From assembly GCA_963845185.1 (NCBI GenBank), contig CAWJRG010000010.1, positions 224,001-288,000 of the forward strand: 64,000 bases of DNA, written 5' to 3'. This stretch comes from an uncultured bacterium (lineage in GTDB: Bacteria; Oederibacteriota; PGYV01; CAWJRG01). Each line of letters opens with the position of its first letter. Positions within the stretch are counted from its first letter, which is position 1. The position numbers and the translations under genes were made by a program. The notes below the pieces were generated by a model. It ran no database searches and was not told the DNA's origin. It worked only from the letters and a program-made list of their open reading frames with translations. Below, in pieces: positions 19,489-30,061 of this stretch.

Positions 19489-20843
19489 CGCACCTCTCCT
19501 GCAAGGTCATAGCCTTTAAATCCTTTGATTTCAGCTTTATAAAATTCCCCTATCTTCAGGGATTTCCGTGATTTAATTATAATGTTACAGTCAATATCCG
19601 GTGCGTTGTGCTCGTCCCTGGCCATAAATAAATTTTTTCCTGCCCTGCTCACTATAAGTACCCTCTTAATTTTTCCCTTTTCCTTTCCGTTATTATAATA
19701 ATAAACCCTTTTGCTTGCAAGCAATAATCTTTTTTTTCTTTCTTCTGCCTTTTTCCCACTTACTTTTCCGCCCAGCCTATAGGCGCCTGTGCCGGGCTCG
19801 TCAGAATAAGTGAAAAACCCGGCCTTTCCTACCCTGCCTTCTTTTATAAACCCGAGCAGCTCGCTGAATTTTTCCTTATCCTCGCCGGGATAGCCTGTAA
19901 TAAACGAGCTCCTTATGGTTATGCCCGGGACATTTTTTCCGGAGTAATCAAGGATTTTTAAGATATCTTTCTTCCCGTATCCCCTTTTCATGCTTTTAAG
20001 TATCGCGTCGTTCACGTGCTGGAAAGGTATGTCAAGGTACCTGCATATGATTTTCCTTTTATCTTTCCTCATTACGCTTATTACCTGTTTTACGGCGTCA
20101 AAATCCGGGTACAAGTAAAGCAGCCTCAGCCAGAATTTTTTATCCGTCCTTTTTATTATCTCAGATAGCAGCGCACCGATTTTTTTTGTTTTATACATAT
20201 CCTTGCCGTAAAAAGTCAGGTCCTGGCTTATAAGGTTGATTTCTTTTATTCCCGAATCGACAAGAATGTTTATTTCTTTTACTATGTCGGCTATTTTTCT
20301 GCTTTGGTATTTCCCTTTTATCGCCGGTATCGTACAAAAAGAGCACCTATGGTTGCAGCCATCCGAAATTTTTACGTAAGCAGAATACGGATTTAAAAGC
20401 ACGCGCCGGTCCCGGCAGGAATATATATATGGCTTGGCTTCGGCATACACTCCTCTTTTGTTTAAGGCCAGGGCAGCGTTCTTAATATCATTTACCCCGA
20501 GCCACGAATATACAGCCGGGAATTTTTTTATAAGGCGGTTTTTATCCCTGGTTACATGGCAGCCGGCGACAATAATCTTTAAATCCCTATTTTTTTTTCT
20601 ATAAGCCAGCATTTCCCTGATTGTCTTCTCGGTTTCATCCCTTGCCTCTTTTAGAAAAGCGCATGTGTTTATAAGTATGACATCCGCATCTTCAGGAGAG
20701 CGTGTGATTGAATATTCACCGAGGGATGATATCATGCATTCGGTATCAACAATATTCTTCGGGCAGCCGAGATTTACGATCCCAAGTTTCAAATTGTGCC
20801 TTTTGGGTTTAAATGATGATTTGATTTTTTCGCGGATTAGCAT
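19485..20843 (-). CDS. rimO: Ribosomal protein S12 methylthiotransferase
   Basis: LGCPKNIVD, INTCAF, CNHRCSFC, RLLYLYP, APDID. Confidence 0.93.
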   Translation of the reverse strand: MLIREKIKSSFKPKRHNLKLGIVNLGCPKNIVDTECMISSLGEYSITRSPEDADVILINTCAFLKEARDETEKTIREMLAYRKKNRDLKIIVAGCHVTRDKNRLIKKFPAVYSWLGVNDIKNAALALNKRGVYAEAKPYIYSCRDRRVLLNPYSAYVKISDGCNHRCSFCTIPAIKGKYQSRKIADIVKEINILVDSGIKEINLISQDLTFYGKDMYKTKKIGALLSEIIKRTDKKFWLRLLYLYPDFDAVKQVISVMRKDKRKIICRYLDIPFQHVNDAILKSMKRGYGKKDILKILDYSGKNVPGITIRSSFITGYPGEDKEKFSELLGFIKEGRVGKAGFFTYSDEPGTGAYRLGGKVSGKKAEERKKRLLLASKRVYYYNNGKEKGKIKRVLIVSRAGKNLFMARDEHNAPDIDCNIIIKSRKSLKIGEFYKAEIKGFKGYDLAGEVR

Positions 20844-20920
20844 GTATTGTTTTGTGGTAGGAGTTATGTTGGAAGTGTTATGTGCCTAATTCTTGTTTTC
20901 AAACACATAGCACATACCAC

Positions 20921-21418
20921 TCATCGGTAATTCGTAAATTGCGTGTCTATGCCGAAATCCTTTTGTTTAAGCGCCGCAATCACGTCCTGCAAATCATCTT
21001 TTTTCCTGCCTGATACCCTTATTACATCCTTCTGGATTGAAGGCTGGACTTTAAGTTTGGTGTCCTTTATAAATTTCACTATATCTTTTGCTTTTTCCTG
21101 CGGGATACCTTCCTGGATTGTCACTTTGATAAAAAAGCTTTTGATGCCCGACTCCACCGGCTCGTCGGCCTTAAGCGCCTTCAGCGGCACTCCTCTTTTG
21201 GCCATTTTGTTCATCATGACGTCAAGAGCCGTCCTAACCTTATAATCGTCGATTGACTTTACTGTTATTGTCCTTTCTTCCTTATTAAACTCTATTGTAG
21301 TATTTGTGTCCTTGAAATCATACCGCCCAATAATCTCTTTATCCGCCTGGTTTATTGCGTTGACAACTTCCTGCATATCCACTTTTGACACTATATCGAA
21401 CGAGAAATCTTCAGGCAT
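20921..21418 (-). CDS. yajQ: YajQ-family nucleotide/c-di-GMP-binding protein
   Basis: SFDIVSKVD, RYDFK, RVSGRKKDDLQ, QFTNYR. Confidence 0.95.
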   Translation of the reverse strand: MPEDFSFDIVSKVDMQEVVNAINQADKEIIGRYDFKDTNTTIEFNKEERTITVKSIDDYKVRTALDVMMNKMAKRGVPLKALKADEPVESGIKSFFIKVTIQEGIPQEKAKDIVKFIKDTKLKVQPSIQKDVIRVSGRKKDDLQDVIAALKQKDFGIDTQFTNYR

Positions 21419-21456
21419 GTTTCACCTCGCAAAGAATTTCAAATTTCATATTTTAT

Positions 21457-22375
21457 TTACGGCGAAACAGTCGCTGTATCTTTTAGAACAGGCTGCGCTT
21501 CAGCGGACTTGGTTGTTGCCGCCGCTGACGGTTTTTCTCCTGTAGGCGGGTTCGCCGAGGTTTTCTCGCCTTCCGGAGAGTTGACTTTCATCCTTTTAAA
21601 ACCCTGCCCTTTGTCAATATACCAGTTTTTACCTGCTTCAAAAATAAGGCCGTTTATTACCTCGCCTTCCTGCCCAATTACGCCGATTTTATCGCCGTTT
21701 ACGTTAAATTCAACTCCACCGGCATTGCCGACTAGAAAAACCATCTTGTTTATGCCGCTCCACTGTTTTTCATCGTTTTTCTTCAGGTAATATTCCTCTT
21801 CCTTGTCGCCGAATTTTGCTTTCAGCCACACGTCTTCCTTTGCCTTAATTTCCACTTTTATGCTTTCCTCCGGCACAGGCGTCGTGTAAACTTCCTTGGT
21901 TCCGGCAGGTTTTGCCCTATTGCATCCTTTGAAAACAACTGCGAGTAATAATATAATTATTATTAAAGCTGCTGCAGCGGCACAAATCACCAAAATGTTG
22001 TTCTGCTTGAAAAAGCTCTGCAGGGTTTCTGTCTTCCTGTCTATTTCATTTATCATATCCTGCTTTGCAGAGCTTGAATTTTGCCTGCTGCGGTTCCTGC
22101 TTTTTTATTGTTTCCTTTCTTTCATCAGCCAAAATGGTTTCCGGCTCGGGCGTTAAAAGCGCCATGATTTCATCTATATTTAACTTTAAAAATTTTGCGT
22201 AGGTCTTTAAAAACAACCTGTGATAAATAGGTTTATCAAAAGCTCCTACGTCCTCATCCTCCAGGGCTTTTAGGTACCTTGCGTCTATCTTAAGGATTTT
22301 TTCTATTTCGGGATATTTTAAATTCTTTTCTTCCCTGCGGCTTTTTAAGAGCTCTCCGTATCCTTTCTTATTCAT
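21457..22375 (-). CDS. rodZ: RodZ-like protein (HTH, TM, DUF4115), split by a frameshift near 22080
   Basis: 22046..22375 encodes the HTH (GELLKSRRE, YLKALE, LKTYAKFL); 21457..22056 encodes the TM and VGNAGGV domain. Removing one base near 22079-22082 fuses them. lolA-rodZ-rimO-pgsA context. Confidence 0.85.
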
Positions 22376-23370
22376 TTTTCTTCTCCTTTATTTTTCTTTT
22401 CAGCGCCCGCCCCGGACCCTTCACTTTCTCCGGTCAAAGCACTCCCGTCTATTTCCTCCACGCCTTCAGGCGCCTTGAAAACAAATTTATCATCACTCAA
22501 TGCCGGAGTTTCACCCAGCTGCGCGGAATTATAGGTCACTATATCCGAAAATTCGACCTCAACCATTGTGTTTGCCATTTTCATGCTCATGTATGAAGGC
22601 AACAGGTCTTTTTTACCTATTTTCACTTCTATCGAGTCAAAATCCATGTCTTTTTTATGCAGGGGAATCATTTTCAGGTCATAATAATTCTCGTTTTGCT
22701 CGTCAAGCTTTGTTTTGCTGTTCTTGGCAAAAAATGCTATCGATGTCTCAAGGTCTATATAAAAGTGCATGTTAAGGTTTGCTTCCTTCACGTTCTGCTT
22801 TATTACCTGGTTTAATTTCGGCGTATATATCCACAGCATCTTGCCGTCAGATATCATCGCCTGTTCGTTTGGCTCGGTATAATGCACGTAAAATTTATCC
22901 GGTTTTTTTATCATGACGTCGCCTTTTACTTTTTGCGTCATGTCGGCGTCAAGATAAGTTGTCTTGATTTCTATTTTCGCCGTAAGGGCTTTCCTGTCTT
23001 TTTGCTCACGTATTAATTTGTCGATAAAAAGCTTGATTTTTCCTGTTTGTGCGGCTGTTTTTGCAGGCTTCTTTTTCGGATTTATTGACGGAGTTGCCTG
23101 GCCCGAAGGGATTTCAACTGCCGATTCCGTGGGAGAAGGTGATACTGCCTCTGCCTCTTTCATTCCTGATGTCGGGGTTGCTTGCCTAGCCACGGCATTT
23201 GTCGGCGATGGGCTGATTAATGCCTGCGGCTGCGCTGTCACGCTTGATTTCTGCGGCGACTGCGTATTGGCCTGGTTTTCGGTTATCTCGGCTTTACCGA
23301 AAGCGCAGTTGCAGAAAAAAATTATTACGCTAAAAAGGATTACAATATGTATTATTTTCATAATTTTCAT
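22372..23370 (-). CDS. lolA: LolA-family lipoprotein carrier with Pro/Ser/Thr-rich N-terminal extension
   Basis: KKPDKFYVHYTEP, ISDGKMLWIYTPKLNQV, FVFKAPEGVE. Confidence 0.85.
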   Translation of the reverse strand: MKIMKIIHIVILFSVIIFFCNCAFGKAEITENQANTQSPQKSSVTAQPQALISPSPTNAVARQATPTSGMKEAEAVSPSPTESAVEIPSGQATPSINPKKKPAKTAAQTGKIKLFIDKLIREQKDRKALTAKIEIKTTYLDADMTQKVKGDVMIKKPDKFYVHYTEPNEQAMISDGKMLWIYTPKLNQVIKQNVKEANLNMHFYIDLETSIAFFAKNSKTKLDEQNENYYDLKMIPLHKKDMDFDSIEVKIGKKDLLPSYMSMKMANTMVEVEFSDIVTYNSAQLGETPALSDDKFVFKAPEGVEEIDGSALTGESEGSGAGAEKKNKGEEK

Positions 23371-23593
23371 CCAATCCTCCTGAAAGTCAGTTGATTTTGT
23401 CCGGTATATCTTTTATGCGGCAAAATCTTTTAAAACTATTATACCCTTGGGTATCCTTAGGCTTTGCACGGCAGCAACAGTCCCAAATGATATTATTGTG
23501 TCTTTAAAAGTTTAAAGCCCCGGAAATTCAGCCAGGGGCCTTATGCGGTTAAGTATTTTATACCCGAAGTGCTTTAAAATCAATAAAAATCTT

Positions 23594-23689
23594 AGATATC
23601 GTTTGTTTTGTCAAGCTTCTCAGCGCAGACAAAACATTACGATATTTTATACCCGCTCAAGTCACGAGCTTGCAAGTGACAAGAGGTAT
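23594..23689 (-). repeat. Double-hairpin leader element, copy A
   Basis: ATACC-TCTT-GTCAC..GTGAC-TTGAGCGGGTAT, then AATATCGT-AA-TGTTTTGTC..GACAAAACA-A-ACGATAT. Confidence 0.85.
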
Positions 23690-24504
23690 TAAATGTCTTT
23701 TGTTAATTTATTATTTATCCATGAGTAGATGTCACCAAATACCTGTTTTCTGTTCTTCTCTATTGTCAGCGCGTGGAAGGAATCCTTGTATAAGTGATAT
23801 TCCTTGTCGCATTTAAGCTTATTGAATAATTTCAGGGAAGAGGAGTTTTTTCCCAGGTAATCTTTCCCGGCAAGCAGAAACAGAACCGGTATTTTTATTT
23901 TCGCCGTGTTTAGCATTGCTTTTATCTGGATTAAAAGTATGCCAAGTAAAAGCCCTGCCGAGGCAAACCTGTGTTCGCGCTTGTCACTTTTCAGCCTTTT
24001 TAATATGGAAACATCCCTCGACAGTTCCTCGGACTTAAAAGGCATTAGAATTGGTTTTGCCGGAATAAACAAGGCAGTAAAACCTATCAAAATCTTTTTC
24101 ATCAGGCTGATTTTCATTGAATCCTCATAAACCGGTACAACCTCAATAAGACCTTTGTAATTGCTGTCGCAATCAAGCACGGTCATATGTGCTATGAGGG
24201 CGCCCATGCTTTCGCCAATGATAAAAATTGGTTTTTTGGAATTTTCCGACTTTATTATTTCCTTCAGGATGGCTATGTCCTTATAATAAATATTGATTGC
24301 TTCCACATATCCCGGCCTTTGAGAAAGTTCGCCAAACCCGCGCAATGCAAGTGCGTAAACTGAAATTCTCTTTGTCTTAAAAAAATTTCCCATTTCAGCA
24401 AACCTTTCAGAATGTGCGCCCATGCCGTGCACAGCAAGAATAACTGCTTTCGAATTTTTCGTCTGCCACTTTCTATAGTATATCCCGTTTTTATTTATAA
24501 GCAT
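23689..24504 (-). CDS. Alpha/beta hydrolase (lysophospholipase/monoglyceride lipase family)
   Basis: VHGMGAH, LRGFG, GESMG nucleophile elbow, catalytic His in SFHAL. Confidence 0.9.
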   Translation of the reverse strand: MLINKNGIYYRKWQTKNSKAVILAVHGMGAHSERFAEMGNFFKTKRISVYALALRGFGELSQRPGYVEAINIYYKDIAILKEIIKSENSKKPIFIIGESMGALIAHMTVLDCDSNYKGLIEVVPVYEDSMKISLMKKILIGFTALFIPAKPILMPFKSEELSRDVSILKRLKSDKREHRFASAGLLLGILLIQIKAMLNTAKIKIPVLFLLAGKDYLGKNSSSLKLFNKLKCDKEYHLYKDSFHALTIEKNRKQVFGDIYSWINNKLTKDI

Positions 24505-24518
24505 GCATGCCCCGCATT

Positions 24519-25076
24519 TTACTTTTTTTGCCCGTTTTCGGCAGAAAGCATTTCAACAAGGCGTTTTGTTTCTTCTTCAGTTATATACCTATCTGAAGGC
24601 GAGCGCAGTATAGTTTTGTTTTTCATGCTTACTGCCCTTCCGAACGAAAGTGCCATATCGTATACTGATTCTGCCTGTGGAAGGAAACTTACAAATACTG
24701 GCACATCCGGTTTTGACATGTACCACCTGCCGGCGTTGCTAAAATAAAGGCTCGTAGTTATAACGCCAAGCCTTGCCTGCTTTTTCCTGTCATTGTCTGT
24801 TTGCCCTGCGGCGATTTCAAGAAACTTTTTGCACAGCGCGAAAAATTCGTTTTTTATCTTTTCGTTAAGGACTATTGCATAATCGCCCATGACGTCTTCA
24901 AAGTACATGTAGGTTGTTTTGCTTCGTACGTCGTACTTTAATGTACTTTTTTTATCTACCATTTGACGGCTGGAATCCAAATATTCCTGTACTTTAATTT
25001 CGCCGATAGGCATTTGTCCTGCATAAACAAATATGGAAGTCAGGAAAAGGAAAATGATAAATAATATTCTTTTCAT
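24519..25076 (-). CDS. Hypothetical exported protein
   Basis: Signal peptide; upstream TTGACA-N17-TAATAT at 25181-25209. Confidence 0.65.
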   Translation of the reverse strand: MKRILFIIFLFLTSIFVYAGQMPIGEIKVQEYLDSSRQMVDKKSTLKYDVRSKTTYMYFEDVMGDYAIVLNEKIKNEFFALCKKFLEIAAGQTDNDRKKQARLGVITTSLYFSNAGRWYMSKPDVPVFVSFLPQAESVYDMALSFGRAVSMKNKTILRSPSDRYITEEETKRLVEMLSAENGQKK

Positions 25077-25258
25077 TTTTTACCCGGACATGCGTCAATA
25101 TAGGTATTATTCATAAAACCACACCTCTTAAAAAAGTCTTTGACTCCGGTCCACCGGCGCCTTTTTTGATGACAAATCATATATTAACATTAAATAAAAC
25201 AGGTGTCAAACAATCCGTAAAATTCGATCCCTTCTTCGAAAATGGCGGCTTATATCGT

Positions 25259-26059
25259 TCACTTTTCCGCAGTACCTTTAAAGAAAGTATAACAAAAAAC
25301 CCCGCCTTTTCTTGCCGATTTACTTAAATCTCTTATCCCTTTATTCCATGTTTTTTTATCAATCATCCCGCAGGCAATAGCCTGTTTTTCCACTCCTTTT
25401 ACCATAGCTATATATGTTTTTTTTGTAAACCCTTCGGTCATTTTCGGCCTGCTCTCGTCTGCATAAACAAATCTTGGCGAAATATTTATATTATTAAACC
25501 CTGCTTTTTTCAGCAAAGGATAAAGGCGCCTGCCGATAAGGGAATCCCCTCCCAGCTTTTTCTGAATATCAATCAAACAGCGTATTGTTTTCATAGCGTC
25601 CTTGCTTTCAGGGTAAAAAAGCGATGTTTCATGATCCCCTTCTATAACGGTTAATGTGCCTTCTTTTTTTAAGACTTTTTTTAAATTCTTCAAAGCCTTA
25701 ATTGGCTCACGCAAATGCTCAAGCACAAAACAGACAAAAACATGGTCAAAGGTATTGTCTTCAAAAGGCAGGTCAAAAATATCAGCTATCCTGAATTCTA
25801 CATTATTTATTCTTGATTTTTTTATTAGAGAGCGTGCTTTATCCAGCGATTCCGAAGAAATATCCATGGATATTATCAGGGCTCCCGGGCTGTTTTTGGC
25901 GAGTATTACTGTCTGCGCACCGACACCGCATCCTGCTTCAAGCACTTTGCTGCCTTTTGGGTAATGCGTATCGCCGTGCAAAAGTCCAGTAAGAGTATTA
26001 GCCTGGTCAAACAATCGTGTATGTTCTCTCTTTGTATAACCATGTACATAATTCCGCAT
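25259..26059 (-). CDS. Class I SAM-dependent methyltransferase
   Basis: VLEAGCGVG, LPFEDNTFDHVFVCFVLEHL. Confidence 0.92.
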   Translation of the reverse strand: MRNYVHGYTKREHTRLFDQANTLTGLLHGDTHYPKGSKVLEAGCGVGAQTVILAKNSPGALIISMDISSESLDKARSLIKKSRINNVEFRIADIFDLPFEDNTFDHVFVCFVLEHLREPIKALKNLKKVLKKEGTLTVIEGDHETSLFYPESKDAMKTIRCLIDIQKKLGGDSLIGRRLYPLLKKAGFNNINISPRFVYADESRPKMTEGFTKKTYIAMVKGVEKQAIACGMIDKKTWNKGIRDLSKSARKGGVFCYTFFKGTAEK

Positions 26060-26098
26060 ATCATGATCCTTTAAATACAGGGCATACTATATATTTTG

Positions 26099-26590
26099 TC
26101 AGGCCTTGTTTAAATAAATATCTTTAATTCTGTTATGCTCTATCCAGGTCAATAAAATCATTACTGTATCAAAAACAGTAAGGGCAATCAGCCAAAAAGA
26201 ATGGGTATATGAATACCGGTATATCTGATAGCCGACGAATAAAACGAGAAAAATAACCGCAAGTGGATAAGCCCATAGCCTTTTTTCCAGCAGCATGGCA
26301 ACAAGAAATATTTTAACCACACCGTGGGACAACAGGTAAAAAATTCCAAAATGCTGTGAACTGGCTGTAAATTCATGGCTTATTTTTATTAAATAATTAG
26401 CGATCATATCATTCGGGTCTTCAGATAATTCATGCTGGGTCAATAGAAGAATTATTTTGCTTAACCTGACCGGGCTGGTCAGCATAAGCAAAAAACCGCC
26501 CAAAATCTCAAGGATTCCGTCAAAGCCTTTTATATAAATTCCGATTAAAAATCCGTCATGAAGCAAATTCTTTTTAATATCCGTTTTCAT
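26099..26590 (-). CDS. DUF2127-family membrane protein
   Basis: KGFDGILE, HELSEDPND, YLLSHG, WAYP; start either 26590 or 26605. Confidence 0.85.
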   Translation of the reverse strand: MKTDIKKNLLHDGFLIGIYIKGFDGILEILGGFLLMLTSPVRLSKIILLLTQHELSEDPNDMIANYLIKISHEFTASSQHFGIFYLLSHGVVKIFLVAMLLEKRLWAYPLAVIFLVLFVGYQIYRYSYTHSFWLIALTVFDTVMILLTWIEHNRIKDIYLNKA

Positions 26591-26613
26591 ATAATAGTTT
26601 ATCACCAGCCTTT

Positions 26614-26732
26614 TATGGAGCCCCCGCCTTCACAGGCGGGGCACCTTTAAAAATTTTCTGATATGCTCCCTCCCCGGAGCGCTATCAATCCTGCCTCAAC
26701 AATAGGCGGGGTTTTTCGCGAAGCGGGATTCA
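26614..26732. mobile_element. Small palindrome-pair element resembling a non-autonomous IS200/IS605 derivative
   Basis: Two related GC-rich hairpins (CCCCGCCT-TCAC-AGGCGGGG and CCTGCCT-CAACAAT-AGGCGGG) ~50 nt apart; no transposase. Confidence 0.5.
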
Positions 26733-26777
26733 TATTATCAGGCAATAAATACAAAAAATCAAGCGTTGAAACCGAAC

Positions 26778-26805
26778 TTGACAATTTTAAACACAGGAAT
26801 ATAAT
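26778..26805 (+). promoter_or_regulatory. Consensus sigma-70 promoter
   Basis: TTGACA-N16-TATAAT. Confidence 0.8.
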
Positions 26806-26819
26806 TGGGGTAATATTGA

Positions 26820-26917
26820 GTACCACTTGTCCTCAGCCTGGCGGCTTCGGACTGGAGCGGGTACAAGATAGCGTAATATTTTATCATCGCTTTCGGCTTG
26901 ATAAAATAAACGCTATC
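26820..26917 (+). repeat. Double-hairpin leader element, copy B
   Basis: GTACC-ACTT-GTCC..GGAC-TGGAGCGGGTAC, then GATAGCG-TAA-TATTTTATCA..TGATAAAATA-AA-CGCTATC, followed by AGGAGG. Confidence 0.85.
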
Positions 26918-26932
26918 ATAGGAGGTGATTGC

Positions 26933-27472
26933 ATGAGAAAAAATACAGTCGCAATTCTCGCTGTTTTGCTCTTTTTAACGCTTATCTTTACAGGAGGAAA
27001 AAAGAAAATGGAAAAAATTATCGTAACAAGCAGCGCATTTAAGCAGGGCGAAGCCATCCCGGTAAAATATACATGCAAAGGCGCTGATGTTTCGCCGGAA
27101 ATCAGCTGGCTGGGCACACCCCAAAACACGAAATCAATTGTTTTGATTGCCGATGACCCTGATGCGCCGGGCGGCATGTGGGTTCACTGGGTGGTTTATA
27201 ACATCCCATCATTGGTCACTTCACTTAATGAGAACTTTCCAAAAACCGTTGAGTTAAAGGATGGCACGAAACAAGGCCGTACTGATTTCGGCAAATATGG
27301 ATACGGTGGCCCGTGTCCGCCGTCAGGCACACACAGGTATTTTTTCAAGGTCTACGCGCTTGACATTGTTTTAAGCCTCGAACCTGCGGCTGCGACCAAG
27401 ATGTCGGTAACAAAATCAACGGAAGGACACGTGCTTGGCTATGGTGAACTGATGGGAACTTTTAAAAAATAA
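26933..27472 (+). CDS. YbhB/YbcL (PEBP) family protein
   Basis: DDPDAP, WVHW, GYGGPCPP, HRYFFKVYALD; start moved to the ATG after AGGAGG. Confidence 0.93.
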   Translation: MRKNTVAILAVLLFLTLIFTGGKKKMEKIIVTSSAFKQGEAIPVKYTCKGADVSPEISWLGTPQNTKSIVLIADDPDAPGGMWVHWVVYNIPSLVTSLNENFPKTVELKDGTKQGRTDFGKYGYGGPCPPSGTHRYFFKVYALDIVLSLEPAAATKMSVTKSTEGHVLGYGELMGTFKK

Positions 27473-27498
27473 TTTCAACCAATAAAATCGACAGCAAT

Positions 27499-28755
27499 TC
27501 ATTTTTTAAATTTCTTATTAATATTGCCGTTGCTGTCTGTTTTTATCAGATATACATCCCAACCGCCTGCGCGATATGACTCGGTATACCCGGTGATGAT
27601 ATATCCACCGTCTTTAGTCTGCTGCACCGACCTGCCTATATCATCTTTGCTTCCCCCGAAAGTTTTATGCCATTTCTGTTTTCCGTCGCTGTCTGTTTTT
27701 ACCAGATACACATCGGCATTACCCGCCCCGTATGAATGTGTGCTCCCCGCAACAATGTATCCCTCGTCGTTTGTCTGCTGCATCGAATAGCCTTCGTCGC
27801 TATTTTTTCCACCGTATGTCTTATACCAATTCTGGTTTCCATTGTTGTCTATTTTTATTAAACAAACATCATTATTGCCGGCCAAGCTTGAACTCGTGCT
27901 GCCTGCAACTATATATCCGTTGTCTGTTGTTTGTTGTACCGAATATCCATAACTATCCCCGCTTCCGCCCAAAGTCCTTGTCCACATGCCATCACCATTC
28001 CTGTCTGTCTTTATAAGATATATCTCATTATAACCCGGGCTGTAGGAATTTGTGGTCCCTGCAATGATGTACCCGCCGTCTCTTGTCTGCTGCACTGAAC
28101 GGCCTTCGTCACTTCCGCTTCCGCCGAATGTCCTTGTCCACACACAATCGCCGTTGCTGTCTGTCTTTATCAAATATATATCAACACCACCCGTGCCGAA
28201 TGAATTTGTGCTTCCTACAACAATATATCCGCCGTCTTTTGTCTGTTGTACTGAATATCCGTAATCATCGTTGTTACCGCCGAATGTCCTTGTCCATACG
28301 CAATCGCCGCTGCTGTCGGCCTTTATCAAATAAACATCCCAGCCGCCCGCACCGCACGCCTTCGTGCTTCCTGCAATAATGTATCCCCTGTCTTTTGTCT
28401 GTTGTATTGAATTTCCTTCATTTTCACCGTTTCCGCCGAATATTTTGTACCAGTTCTGGTTTCCGTTGCTGTCGGTTTTTATCAGGTATATTAGGGGATT
28501 AGCAGGCGTACTGTATGATGTCGTGTTTTCAGTAATGACATAACCGCCATCGGCTGTCTGCTGCACAGACTCGCCTTTATCATCGCCATCTCCTCCGAAT
28601 GTGGCTGCAAATTTGACGGCTGCATCCGAGACCTGCGTTTCGACGGCTTTTTGGGGAAAAACCAAGGAAGTCATTAAAAACATTATAATAACCAGGCAGG
28701 GCTTTACCGGGTTCATTTGTTCTTTGGCGTTGATTTTTTTATAATCGCGTATCAT
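27499..28755 (-). CDS. Exported beta-propeller repeat protein
   Basis: Seven ~50-aa repeats GxSVQQTxDGGYIxAG...YLIKTDSNG...WxxTFGG. Confidence 0.85.
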   Translation of the reverse strand: MIRDYKKINAKEQMNPVKPCLVIIMFLMTSLVFPQKAVETQVSDAAVKFAATFGGDGDDKGESVQQTADGGYVITENTTSYSTPANPLIYLIKTDSNGNQNWYKIFGGNGENEGNSIQQTKDRGYIIAGSTKACGAGGWDVYLIKADSSGDCVWTRTFGGNNDDYGYSVQQTKDGGYIVVGSTNSFGTGGVDIYLIKTDSNGDCVWTRTFGGSGSDEGRSVQQTRDGGYIIAGTTNSYSPGYNEIYLIKTDRNGDGMWTRTLGGSGDSYGYSVQQTTDNGYIVAGSTSSSLAGNNDVCLIKIDNNGNQNWYKTYGGKNSDEGYSMQQTNDEGYIVAGSTHSYGAGNADVYLVKTDSDGKQKWHKTFGGSKDDIGRSVQQTKDGGYIITGYTESYRAGGWDVYLIKTDSNGNINKKFKK

Positions 28756-29335
28756 TTATCAAAATCCTTTCTTGTGATTGCGTAGCTTTTTACATCATGC
28801 ACTCTTCCTCTGACCGTTATTATCCTGCTCCTCTGCATGCCTTCAAACTTCATTCCTGCTTTTTCCATAACTCTTGACGAGCCGATATTTTTAATATCAC
28901 ACACCGCCTCGATCCTGTTTAAACCCATTTTTTTAAATCCAAATTCTATTATTTTTTTACAGCTTCTGTCATATATCCTTTATTCCAACCGTCTGGTGAT
29001 AATGCATAGCCTATTCCCGCAGTTTTATGGGTGTCAGAATATGTTTCATATCCCGCTGTGCCTATCACTTTCCTGGATTTTTTATCAGTCACTGCCCAGG
29101 AAGCAGGCTCCCCGCGCTTGTATTTTGCCAAAACATGTTTAATAAATGCTTTAGTATCTTTTTTTGTCCTGTGATATTCCCATATTGTATATTTCGTCAC
29201 CATTGGCCGCGAAGCATAATTAAATATGTCGTCAATATCTGTTTTTATTATCCTGCGCAATAAAAGCCTTTTTGTTGATAATTCAGGCAGGTTTTTAAAA
29301 ACCCGCTTATTGGAATCCATCGTTTTCAATCCCAC
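28752..29335 (-). CDS. RimJ/RimL-family GNAT acetyltransferase, frameshifted in an A-run at 28952-28958
   Basis: Adding one A extends WNKGYMTEAVKK into IIEFGFKKMGLNRIEAVCDIKNIGSSRVMEKAGMKFEG, ending in an ATGA overlap with the next gene. Confidence 0.88.
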
Positions 29336-29895
29336 GCTATCTCATAACTCGTTTTACCATCTTTATTATCGGTAAATTTTATGATTTTTACCGACACATT
29401 TTTGCAGCCGCTTATTTCCAATGCCTTTTCTATCCACCCGCCTATGCGGTTTTCAATTACCGGTGATATTTCCGAAAACTCAAGTATTTCTACTTTAGTA
29501 CTTTTCGCCCCGGTCTGTGTAGCCCTTATTTCGCTGGGACGGTAATAGGTCGGGAGTATCCTGTCGGCCTTTTTTATTATGAACTGCGGATTCGCCAATT
29601 GCACAAAAAACCTGTAAATGCCTTTTAACCCGTAATCGGCGCTGTGCCTGCCCATTTCCCATGCGCCTTTTAAATCGCCGTTATAAAACATAGCGCACGC
29701 GCGTTTGGTCGGTTCCACAAGATATTCGTTCATTGAATACCAGTTGGCAGAAATGATGGCAGACGAAAAAACACTCTGCGCCTCTTCCGGCAGCGATGCG
29801 ACCCATTTCTTTAATCCTGTTTCTCCAAAATTTAGTTTTATGAATTCCCTGGCAGCCACAAGTGTGGAACCTTTTACATCCATAAATGCCTCCAT
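29326..29895 (-). CDS. Hypothetical protein (DUF2378/H-NOX-like architecture)
   Basis: VKGSTL...FGETGLKKW...WY...GWIEKALEISG pattern; family assignment tentative. Confidence 0.55.
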   Translation of the reverse strand: MEAFMDVKGSTLVAAREFIKLNFGETGLKKWVASLPEEAQSVFSSAIISANWYSMNEYLVEPTKRACAMFYNGDLKGAWEMGRHSADYGLKGIYRFFVQLANPQFIIKKADRILPTYYRPSEIRATQTGAKSTKVEILEFSEISPVIENRIGGWIEKALEISGCKNVSVKIIKFTDNKDGKTSYEIAWD

Positions 29896-30061
29896 TGTTT
29901 TTCAAAAAAATTTATTCGCGGTCATAATAACATTTATAATTATAAACGACAATAATATTTTTTTATGTGGTAGAATTCCCCTTGTAATTTCATAAAAGAC
30001 GTGCTGACTATATATTCATATCAAGACGCTCTTTCTTTAATGGCGTCTTCGGGAAAACCTC

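Noticed and set aside
26663..26932. N-terminal extension of the YbhB ORF in the ORF track
   Set aside because: It spans a palindromic element, a promoter and the leader element; the SD-supported start is 26933.
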